In this document: one piece after another, positions 35,715-43,977 of the stretch
Position numbering within the stretch: the stretch's first letter is position 1
Layout: every line of letters begins with the position of its first letter
NCBI GenBank assembly: GCA_964510435.1
Contig: CAZEBU010000001.1
Span: 144,791 to 208,790 of the forward strand
DNA from: an uncultured Candidatus Saccharibacteria bacterium
Lineage (GTDB): Bacteria > Patescibacteriota > WWE3 > UBA101185 > UBA10185
Direction of reading: 5' to 3'
DNA length: 64,000 nucleotides
Program-made: the position numbers and the translations under genes
Notes under the pieces: generated by a model
Told to the model about the DNA's origin: nothing
Database searches by the model: none
What the model saw: the letters and a program-made list of their open reading frames with translations, nothing else

Positions 35715-36383
35715 CTACCCACACAATTTATATCCAAACCCATAAACCGTCTTGATCAAAGGTTTATCAAAGGGCCTATCGATCTTGTCCCTTAAAGTTT
35801 TCATGTGTACCGGCAAAGTGTTTGACCTTATATCTAAACCCCACTCCCAGACGTTTTCCAGAATTTGCTCCTGGCTGAGGATTCTTCCTTTATTAAGCAG
35901 TAAATATTCCAGGATCTCGTACTCTTTTCTTCGCAAAACAATCTCCTTGCCTGCTCTCACAACCTTTTTAGAATTAGACTGCAGGCTCAGATCAGCCGCT
36001 TTCAAGACGCCTCTTTTCGCATCGCCATTAGCCCTTTTGATTAGAATTCGCAGATAGGTCATAAGTTCCCGAGGATGGACCGGTTTGGTTAAAACCGCGT
36101 CGGCTCCGCAATCTAATGAGGCAATTTTCTCATCCAAACCCAAATTATCCAGAAGAACCAAAATAGGGGTTTTATCGTCATATTCTCTGGTCTTCCTGCA
36201 CAGTTCAGTGTTGTTTATATCCGGCAACTGGGACTCAATAACTATGGCAGCGTAGTCATTAGTTTGCGCCAAATAGTCTCCTTCTACACCATTAAAAGCC
36301 ACATCCACGATGTAGTGTTCCTGAATTTCATTTTTAATATTTTCTAAAGACTGCTTTTCACTGTTAATGAGCAGGATACGCAT
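35715..36383 (-). CDS. OmpR/PhoB-family winged-helix regulator with an atypical (likely phosphorylation-independent) receiver domain
   Basis: C-terminal wHTH (LSQEQILENVWEWGLDIRSNTLPVHMKTLRDKI...YGFGYKL). Receiver domain: acidic pocket DD replaced by NS (ILLINSEKQ), phosphoacceptor Asp replaced by Glu (AAIVIESQLPD), Thr replaced by Asp (LVLLDN), Lys conserved (LTKPV). Confidence 0.7.
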   Translation of the reverse strand: MRILLINSEKQSLENIKNEIQEHYIVDVAFNGVEGDYLAQTNDYAAIVIESQLPDINNTELCRKTREYDDKTPILVLLDNLGLDEKIASLDCGADAVLTKPVHPRELMTYLRILIKRANGDAKRGVLKAADLSLQSNSKKVVRAGKEIVLRRKEYEILEYLLLNKGRILSQEQILENVWEWGLDIRSNTLPVHMKTLRDKIDRPFDKPLIKTVYGFGYKLCG

Positions 36384-36434
36384 AATATTATTATACAGGT
36401 TATTATAACTACCGTTTATTAAAAAATTGTTAAA

Positions 36435-37970
36435 TTATTTCCGGGAATGATTAAGGGAGTCCTCCGGGGCGATTATTTCTTTCCTCAATTTTACATTTAG
36501 CAAGACTATAAAGAAGGCGGCTATTCCTACTAAGATCAACCCCGTCTGCAAGGTAAAACTATCTACCGAAAAATACCCCAGCCCGCCAAAAATAATTGCG
36601 GTTCCCCAATAAAAAAGGGCTATCCTGCGTACACTCCACCCTCTTTTTAAGAGTATATGGTGTAGGTGGCCACTATCCCCACGCAGGGGATTTTTTCCTT
36701 GCATAATTCTGCGCACAACAGTCACAAAGGCATCCAAAAAAGGTATTAGAATAATTATGATCGAAGTTAAAATCTTGCTGCTAATCATGATCGATAAAAC
36801 CGAGAGCACCAACCCTGCAGAAACTGCCCCAAACCCCCATAAAATTTTGGAGGGGTGCCAAGTAAACTTAACAAAACCAAAAGCCAGTCCTGCAGAAATA
36901 GCTGCCATCAAAGCCACTCTTTTATGCTCCAGCTCCAAAGGATCAAACCTCAGCGCTAAAAGGACAATTAGGATGCTGGCGACACCTACTATCCCGGCGT
37001 ATTGCCCGTCTATACCATTAGACCAAGATAAAACATTTAGTACCCAAACAATCCAAAAAGTGGTGATGACAGCCGACACTAACGTGGAATTAAAAAAGAA
37101 CAAACCGCCAAAAGGGCTGGAAATATAGAAAATCCGTTCTCCTAAAACGGAGATGATGGAAACAATCAAAAACAGCAGAATTAGCCTAACATAAGGATTT
37201 TCCAAAAATCTCAGTTTTGATTCCGGGTGCGTGTTTTGTATATCATCTAAGATCCCTAAAATAGAAATAATCAATAAAGCCAAATAAAAGGGCCACAATT
37301 TAGGAGACAAACCTACAAATACTATAGCCATGACTAAAAACGATATTCCATAAATAAAACCTCCTCCTCTAGCAGAAGGTTCATCTAAAAGCATACCGGG
37401 ATGCTTATGGAGGGTGGGGTTGGTAACAATGTCCTTTTCCTGCGCGTAGGAAATAAACCTTGGCAAAACAAAGTGCATGGCTAGCATGGCAATGATACCG
37501 GGAACGATCAAATCCAGATAGAGAGGATTGATCAGCGGTTCAAAGGGTGTAGAAGCTTTAAACATTATCCTTAACAATGAACCTGTTAACAAAGAATTTG
37601 CACCAACGGTAAAAATGCCTATTAGGCTAATACCATACCTAATGTAGTACCTACGCACGGGAATGGCAAAAGCCAACCCTACGGTCATGATCACAAATGA
37701 GAGTAGCGGAATTAAATAAAGCATACTTTTATCCGCCAGCTGGTAGTCCCCCCACATTTTTGTGTACCACAAAGGGACTTCCAAATTAATAAACGCGTAC
37801 CTCATCCTCAAATATATAAGCTGAAAAACTATTAATAACAGGTTCGCCACAATTATAAAGTAGATCTTGTCCGAAAATCGTTTGTTTAGATCCTTGATAG
37901 TACGTTCCAATTTAATTTGAATTTTATTTAGGGTAGGATGGCTTTTAATAAACTTTTGTATGCTGTTCAT
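36435..37970 (-). CDS. Polyprenyl-phosphate HexNAc-1-phosphate transferase family (GT4; MraY/WecA-like) with an N-terminal ~180-aa membrane extension
   Basis: WSNGIDGQYAGI (N..N..DGIDGL-like motif) and C-terminal PLRGDSGHLHHILLKRGWS (HLHH motif). More than 10 TM helices. Confidence 0.7.
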   Translation of the reverse strand: MNSIQKFIKSHPTLNKIQIKLERTIKDLNKRFSDKIYFIIVANLLLIVFQLIYLRMRYAFINLEVPLWYTKMWGDYQLADKSMLYLIPLLSFVIMTVGLAFAIPVRRYYIRYGISLIGIFTVGANSLLTGSLLRIMFKASTPFEPLINPLYLDLIVPGIIAMLAMHFVLPRFISYAQEKDIVTNPTLHKHPGMLLDEPSARGGGFIYGISFLVMAIVFVGLSPKLWPFYLALLIISILGILDDIQNTHPESKLRFLENPYVRLILLFLIVSIISVLGERIFYISSPFGGLFFFNSTLVSAVITTFWIVWVLNVLSWSNGIDGQYAGIVGVASILIVLLALRFDPLELEHKRVALMAAISAGLAFGFVKFTWHPSKILWGFGAVSAGLVLSVLSIMISSKILTSIIIILIPFLDAFVTVVRRIMQGKNPLRGDSGHLHHILLKRGWSVRRIALFYWGTAIIFGGLGYFSVDSFTLQTGLILVGIAAFFIVLLNVKLRKEIIAPEDSLNHSRK

Positions 37971-37991
37971 ATATTTTTATGTAAGGCAATA

Positions 37992-39545
37992 TTAACGAAC
38001 CTTGGGCGTATGATACAAATCCTTCATCCTTTTACCAAACATCATCCTTGTCTGTGCGTCAATAAAAGGGAAGAAAGAAAAAGTCAACAAATTAAGCATG
38101 ACAACAAATCCCTCAAGATTGATGGAGATCTTTTTAAGCAGTGACCAATCCTTGGGCATAGGAGGAGTTAGTTTTGCCCGGTAATAGGTGGGCGGAATTA
38201 AAAATATCAAAGTAAAGGTTAATATCCAACTCATAGCATCGGGCAGACTGTAGGCAAAGCTGCTCTGTTTGACCGCCGGATTGACTAAAGTCAAAATACC
38301 AAAACCAAAAGTTAGTAAAAAGACAATATTGAACCTAATTACCCTAGTTTTTATGTGATCGTATATCCAGAGAATTTTTTTGGAGGAAGAAATATTCTTA
38401 TTTTTCATAAAAACTTTCATGGATAGAGGTACTTCCAAAACTCCCCATCCCCACCTCAAAAGCTGCTTATATAAACTCTTGTGTGCCTCCCAGAAATTTT
38501 TTCCCTCCACAGCATCTGCAGAATAAGGAATATAGTGACTGGCCAGTTTAAATTCGCCATCTCTTACCAAATAGGCACGCCAAAAAAATAAGGTGTCATC
38601 TACCCCCAACTGTACATCCCAGTAATCAGCGTCGATCAGTGTCTGCACCGAACAGGAATAGGCTGCAAAAGTATCCTTAGCCAAAGTACTCAAACCCCAA
38701 GGCACACTTCTGCTGGATAGAGTCCCTAGGGTAACAAAATTTGCTTCTATCCTAGGCATGGAAGGAACACGCCAGTGATTATTGTTGAACAAATGGACAG
38801 AGGTAGAATAAAAATAGTTGTCTCTTTGGTCTGTAGTTAAATATAGATGAGTCAACCTGGCCATATATTGAGGGTTCGGTATATGATCGGCGTCAAAGGA
38901 AGAAAAAACATAGTTCCTCATATCTCGCCCTTTACTTTCCAGGTATTTGACAGCCTTGCCGGCACCCCACGTTCTGTTGGCACCTCCCACACCCTTAGCT
39001 TCCCCAGGGATACCTGCGGGATGAACAAAGATCAGTATCTCGTCAAACTTATTTTTATACGGCAAAACTATTTTCTTAATATTTTCCTTTGTCTTCTTAG
39101 ACGGCTTTTCTTCGATGGTATAAACCAAGGTAAAACTCTTAGTTGGGTAGGTCTGCGCCAAAAGAGCATCGAATGAATCTTTTAACACTTGGTAGGGTTC
39201 GTTCACACAGGGAATAAGTATGAAATGTTTAAAAGCTTCCAGTTTAGCAGGCAATGTTTTTTTGTCCGGGAGTTGGGAAAAATCCAGTCCCAAGCATTTC
39301 TTATTCCAGTCCTCTTCCATTTCCTTTTTATATTTAGGATATCCCACCGCCAAGCCAACCGTATTCATCACTGCCAAATATGACCAATACATAGTCAGAA
39401 AGGTTAAAAAATAAACCATAGCCCTAGGATAGATCAATCCTAGCCAAATGGGACTTAGGATAACTGTCCAGGTTAAAACCCCCGGGACAATTTCGAATAC
39501 CCTTTGTACTAACTTGTCATATTTTTCTAAGGTAATTGAGCTCAT
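37992..39545 (-). CDS. Processive family-2 glycosyltransferase (cellulose/chitin/hyaluronan-synthase-like) with N- and C-terminal TM clusters
   Basis: Motifs D...D (FILIPCVNEPYQ; SFDADHIP) and Q-x-x-R-W (KQLLRWGWG). Membrane-embedded N- and C-termini. Confidence 0.7.
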   Translation of the reverse strand: MSSITLEKYDKLVQRVFEIVPGVLTWTVILSPIWLGLIYPRAMVYFLTFLTMYWSYLAVMNTVGLAVGYPKYKKEMEEDWNKKCLGLDFSQLPDKKTLPAKLEAFKHFILIPCVNEPYQVLKDSFDALLAQTYPTKSFTLVYTIEEKPSKKTKENIKKIVLPYKNKFDEILIFVHPAGIPGEAKGVGGANRTWGAGKAVKYLESKGRDMRNYVFSSFDADHIPNPQYMARLTHLYLTTDQRDNYFYSTSVHLFNNNHWRVPSMPRIEANFVTLGTLSSRSVPWGLSTLAKDTFAAYSCSVQTLIDADYWDVQLGVDDTLFFWRAYLVRDGEFKLASHYIPYSADAVEGKNFWEAHKSLYKQLLRWGWGVLEVPLSMKVFMKNKNISSSKKILWIYDHIKTRVIRFNIVFLLTFGFGILTLVNPAVKQSSFAYSLPDAMSWILTFTLIFLIPPTYYRAKLTPPMPKDWSLLKKISINLEGFVVMLNLLTFSFFPFIDAQTRMMFGKRMKDLYHTPKVR

Positions 39546-40333
39546 AAATTAAAGAGATTGCGGGTATTTTCGCTGGAAATCTTTTCTATATTCCCATAAG
39601 AGGAATTTCTTATCTCCGCAATCTTTTCGGCTGTTATTCTAACATATTTCGGATAATTAACTTCTCCTCTGTGTCCTTGAGGTGATAAATATGGTGCATC
39701 AGTTTCGATCAGCAAATTACTTTCAGGTACTTTCTTAACCGCATCCAACAAACTTTTGTCCGCAGATGGGTAAGTTATTATCCCGGAAAAAGATATACAG
39801 ATATTTAGGTGCAGTAACTCTTTGGCAAATTCCCAGTCAGATGTATAACAGTGTGCAACACCTCTTAAATTTGTATGCTTGTAAAATTTTAAGGTCTCTA
39901 TAACCTGCCGGTTAGCGTTTCGGTTGTGGATCACGACTGGGAGGCCTTTTTTCACTGCCAAACCAACTTGCAGCTTAAACAACTCCTCTTGTTCTGCAAG
40001 GTCTCTCGTTTTATAAGAAACCTCACCTTCAGGAATATCCAAACCGCACTCTCCTATACCAACAATTTTTTTCCTGGAAGAATTCAAAATTGCGGTTAGC
40101 TCTTGGTAGATTTCCTCCATGCTCTTACCAATATCTTCGTGGGGGTAAACTCCAACCGTGCAGGACACTTCGTCATATTCCCTAGCCGTTTTCAACACCC
40201 TATTGCTCTCCTTTATAGAGGTACCAATAGAAATGAGCTTCTCCACCCCAGCCTGCTTGGCTTCTTCTACGATTTCGGCGACACTTTTTTTGTATCTTTT
40301 ATGTGGGAGGTGGCAATGCGAATCAATCAGCAT
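39542..40333 (-). CDS. tatD: TatD-family metal-dependent deoxyribonuclease
   Basis: MLIDSHCHL (HxH), GECGLD, HCYTSD, ETDAPYL. 263 aa. Confidence 0.85.
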   Translation of the reverse strand: MLIDSHCHLPHKRYKKSVAEIVEEAKQAGVEKLISIGTSIKESNRVLKTAREYDEVSCTVGVYPHEDIGKSMEEIYQELTAILNSSRKKIVGIGECGLDIPEGEVSYKTRDLAEQEELFKLQVGLAVKKGLPVVIHNRNANRQVIETLKFYKHTNLRGVAHCYTSDWEFAKELLHLNICISFSGIITYPSADKSLLDAVKKVPESNLLIETDAPYLSPQGHRGEVNYPKYVRITAEKIAEIRNSSYGNIEKISSENTRNLFNL

Positions 40334-40345
40334 AATACAAACTTT

Positions 40346-41770
40346 CTAATCTAACCTTGGAAACAACATTTCGCCGGCAGTGATTTTTACTTTGCCAAAT
40401 TGTTGCTCTATCTTTTGAGCAGTATCGGGTATAAATGGCTTTATGTACTTGGCTACTTTTCGGAGCTCGCTTACCTCGTGGGTCAAAACCTCCCTTAGCT
40501 TTTCTTCCGTTTTTATTGCCCATGGCTCGTTTTTATTTATGTGCTTGTCCAGATCAGCCAATAATATCCAGATGCTCTGCAGTACTTTATCAACTCTATA
40601 CTCCTTCAGAGGTTCGAACAGGGCACCCTGCCAATCTACATTCTCATCGCCAACAGGGAAGTCAAACCCGGATTTTTGCGCAAGTGCCGCCACTCGTGAA
40701 ATGGTATTACCCAAACCGTTAGCCAACTCACCGTTGTAAACCTCTTTTATCTGTTTTAAAGAAAAGACTGAGTCCTCGGTAATGGGCCCATACTTAAGTA
40801 GAAAATAGCGTACCGAATCTACTCCAAACTGCGCTACTAGATCAGTGGGCCGAATAACATTTCCCAATGATTTACTAATTTTTTGACCTTCTAAATTAAT
40901 AAAACCGTGCACATAAACCTCATCCGGCAGTCGATAGCCGGCACTTTCCAGCATAGCAGGCCACAAAAGAGTGTGCCAACGTGCAATATCCTTACCTACA
41001 AAATGGACTATCTTAGTATCTTCGTCCCAAAAGCCTTTTTGACTACCTTCGGTAAGATAGTTGATCAAGGCATCAAACCACACATAGATCACTTGCTCCT
41101 CATCATTGGGAGCTGTTATGCCCCAAGATACTTTATACTTGGGCCTTGTAACCGTGATATCTCTTAAGCCGTGCTCTAAAAAAGCCAGCATTTCCGCTTT
41201 TTTACCTTGGGGACGCACTCTTAGTTCATCTGAGCTAATTTTTTCTTTGAGAAAGTCTTCATACTCAGACCATTTAAAAAAATAGTTTTCCTCATCAAGT
41301 CTTTGGATTTTTCTGGTGGGGTGGACAAAACACTGCCCATACTCGTTTAATTCCGTCAAGGTCTTGTGCGCCTCACACCCTTCGCAATAAAAACCTGCAT
41401 ATTTATCCTTGTAAATATCCCCATTTTTTAACGATTTTTCGAAAAACTCGGCCGAAAATTTCTTGTGATCTGCATCCGTGGTACGAATAAATCTATCATA
41501 GGAAATATTTAAAGCGTCGATCTGTTTTCTATTCTCCTGAGAAATATCCGTCACATGGTCCATAGGCGATAATCCCCTTTCTTCCGCTGCCTTTTGGTTG
41601 GTTGTACCATGCTCATCGGTTCCGGTTGTATAATAAACTGCTTCCTTGCCAAGCCTTAATCTTTCGTAGCGGGCTATGCAGTCGGCTAATATTTTTTCAT
41701 AGGCGTGGCCGACGTGAATAACGTCGTTGGTATAGTCTATAGCTGTTGTAATTAATATTTTCTTCTTCAT
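40346..41770 (-). CDS. metG: Methionine--tRNA ligase (core form without C-terminal tRNA-binding extension)
   Basis: HIGH-type VIHVGHAYEKILAD and KMSKS-type KISKSLGNV. 474 aa. Confidence 0.9.
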   Translation of the reverse strand: MKKKILITTAIDYTNDVIHVGHAYEKILADCIARYERLRLGKEAVYYTTGTDEHGTTNQKAAEERGLSPMDHVTDISQENRKQIDALNISYDRFIRTTDADHKKFSAEFFEKSLKNGDIYKDKYAGFYCEGCEAHKTLTELNEYGQCFVHPTRKIQRLDEENYFFKWSEYEDFLKEKISSDELRVRPQGKKAEMLAFLEHGLRDITVTRPKYKVSWGITAPNDEEQVIYVWFDALINYLTEGSQKGFWDEDTKIVHFVGKDIARWHTLLWPAMLESAGYRLPDEVYVHGFINLEGQKISKSLGNVIRPTDLVAQFGVDSVRYFLLKYGPITEDSVFSLKQIKEVYNGELANGLGNTISRVAALAQKSGFDFPVGDENVDWQGALFEPLKEYRVDKVLQSIWILLADLDKHINKNEPWAIKTEEKLREVLTHEVSELRKVAKYIKPFIPDTAQKIEQQFGKVKITAGEMLFPRLD

Positions 41771-41779
41771 GAAATAATT

Positions 41780-42142
41780 CTACCTTTTGCTTCTAACTTG
41801 TGAGAAAAGCAAAAAATATAATACCAAAAATAAAATAATATTAAGAGTATTGTCTAATGCAAAAGCCTTCAACCCAAGGAAAAAAACAATACCGAAAGAG
41901 GTAAAAAGCGCCCATTTAAAACTTTTTCGATACAAAAATCTCAGATTACTAAAAGTAGGCACTTTGGCGTGAAAATAGAAGTAAACAGGCAGGGACAGGG
42001 TTAGCGTGACGGCAATAAACATCACTCCCAAAAAAATTATTATTTTATCAATGCTGGCAGGTGGTGTTGTATCCACATAACGGTATAAACCAAACCAAGA
42101 AAGAATACTCAAGAAAATTATCGTGTAGATAAACTTGGGCAT
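41780..42142 (-). CDS. Hypothetical membrane protein
   Basis: 120 aa, 4 hydrophobic helices. Confidence 0.4.
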   Translation of the reverse strand: MPKFIYTIIFLSILSWFGLYRYVDTTPPASIDKIIIFLGVMFIAVTLTLSLPVYFYFHAKVPTFSNLRFLYRKSFKWALFTSFGIVFFLGLKAFALDNTLNIILFLVLYFLLFSQVRSKR

Positions 42143-42197
42143 ACTAAGATAATATCATTATTTAAAATAAATCTTCCTTGGTCTTATCTGTTAAAAT

Positions 42198-43274
42198 ATG
42201 CTCATGATCGACTTGCAATCCTTACTCATTTTGATACTTTTAGTGGCCGGAACCGCAGGTATAATTATTTTTGCTTTCACACAAAAAATGAATAAGCTGC
42301 AAAATGAGCTGAAAGACGATGAGGATGATAAAGTGCTTATGGAGTGGCTTAAAGACATGAAAGGTTCTGTGGAAAAAGGTTCAGAGGTATTAGACCGTAA
42401 GCTTAAAGATCAGAATCAAACTTTGCAGGAACAACTTCACGGCCAACGAAAAGCCATGGCAGAACAAACAAAGCTTATTTGGGAAAGGCTGGAAAACTCT
42501 TCTAAAGTTATTAGCCAGGTGCACAAGGAATTAGGCGGCATATCAGAGTTCGGCAAAGACATGAAGGATCTAAGTAACATCTTAAAATCCCCCAAATTGA
42601 GAGGGGGTTTAGGTGAGCAATTCTTGTACGAAATATTGGAGAACTCTCTTCCCAAGGAATTATTTAAAAAGCAATACAAGTTCAAAGACGGTGGTGTCTG
42701 CGATGCGGTTGTCAAAACAGAAAAAGGATTGATCCCCATAGATTCAAAATTCCCTATGGAAAATTTCAAGGAGATGCTGACGCAAGAGTCTCAGGAAGCA
42801 CGAAACAAGTATAAAAAGGTTTTCATAAAGGATGTCAAAAAAAGAATTGAGGAAATTTCCTCTAAATACATCCTCCCGGAAGAAGGTACCTCCGACTTTG
42901 CCGTGATGTACGTTCCTTCGGAAAATGTTTATTACGAACTGGTGGTGAACACACCGGAAATAGAAGAATACTCCAGGAAGAAAAAGGTTTTCATTACCTC
43001 TCCCAATACCTTAAATTACCAAATGCGCGCTATTCTTGTAGCCTATCAGCAAAGCGAGCTGCAGAAACATGCCGGAGATATTTTGCAATCCCTAAGCGGA
43101 ATAAAATCTGAGGCGGAAAAGTTTGACGAGGAGCTGGGTGTATTAGGAGGGCATATCACCAGAACATATAAGGCGATGGATGGTGTTAAGATAAAATTCA
43201 CTAAGTTATTTGGAAAAATCGAAAGTACTCAGGCTTTAGGAGATCCTCAAGAAAAACAAAAAAAGCTTATCTAA
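42198..43274 (+). CDS. rmuC: DNA recombination protein RmuC
   Basis: N-terminal TM, long coiled coil, and conserved RmuC core (FAVMYVPSENVYYEL, ITSPNTL). 358 aa. Confidence 0.8.
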   Translation: MLMIDLQSLLILILLVAGTAGIIIFAFTQKMNKLQNELKDDEDDKVLMEWLKDMKGSVEKGSEVLDRKLKDQNQTLQEQLHGQRKAMAEQTKLIWERLENSSKVISQVHKELGGISEFGKDMKDLSNILKSPKLRGGLGEQFLYEILENSLPKELFKKQYKFKDGGVCDAVVKTEKGLIPIDSKFPMENFKEMLTQESQEARNKYKKVFIKDVKKRIEEISSKYILPEEGTSDFAVMYVPSENVYYELVVNTPEIEEYSRKKKVFITSPNTLNYQMRAILVAYQQSELQKHAGDILQSLSGIKSEAEKFDEELGVLGGHITRTYKAMDGVKIKFTKLFGKIESTQALGDPQEKQKKLI

Positions 43275-43352
43275 GATGTAGGTGCACAAAAAAGAAAGCC
43301 CCAAAAGGTTACTGAATATATTCACCTTTTGAGGCTCGTTTTGGCCATGCTT

Positions 43353-43577
43353 TCAAGTTCGCCTGATAACGAACGACCCATACAACCACAGCGACAAGAA
43401 AAACACTCCCATGAACATGAAGAGAATGACAGTTACAGCAGGCCAGTATTTTGAAAATAGCACACCCGAGAGTAGTGCTAGTCCACCTACGATCGAACTG
43501 CCAGCACCTACCAAGAAACAGTAATCAAGCACATACGGATCTTGGATCTTAGGCAACCTCGCAATAAACTTGTCCAT
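43353..43577 (-). CDS. Small membrane protein
   Basis: 74 aa, two TM helices. Confidence 0.3.
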   Translation of the reverse strand: MDKFIARLPKIQDPYVLDYCFLVGAGSSIVGGLALLSGVLFSKYWPAVTVILFMFMGVFFLSLWLYGSFVIRRT

Positions 43578-43658
43578 AACTCCTCTCCTTTTTTAGTGTT
43601 TCTGATAATTGTTAGTCATTTACCAACCCAACAATTATACTATAGGCCTCACCACCGG

Positions 43659-43925
43659 TCAACTCGTTTCTTGGGAATCAGGTAATCCTCTCGCATCCAT
43701 TAGATGCAACAAAGAGATGAGTAACCCAACCAAAAGAATTCCCACAAACCAAGCTGCGGGAACATACCACTCATTGACACCGTACCAGGCTCTCCTCAGG
43801 GTAATGAGGAACGCTGCACCAAAAACGATCTGGAGAACACAGACACCGAAAGTAAATGCGAAGAGCAAAACAGTCACCCCTCCATTTCCTAGTGCACCGT
43901 GGCTACCCCTTGCCACATTAGACAC
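43659..43925 (-). CDS. Small membrane protein
   Basis: 88 aa, two or three TM helices. It overlaps what I take to be a spurious N-terminal extension of the helicase ORF on the opposite strand. Confidence 0.3.
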   Translation of the reverse strand: MSNVARGSHGALGNGGVTVLLFAFTFGVCVLQIVFGAAFLITLRRAWYGVNEWYVPAAWFVGILLVGLLISLLHLMDARGLPDSQETS

Positions 43926-43977
43926 AACAGACTCCTTTCCTTATTCGTTTATATTAGGCATACGATATAATCCTTAT

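Noticed and set aside
43609-43977. N-terminal 123 codons of the 1074-aa helicase ORF in the track
   Set aside because: No helicase-like sequence there. It overlaps a plausible minus-strand small membrane ORF (43659-43925). The conserved UvrD N-terminus begins right after the internal ATG at 43978.
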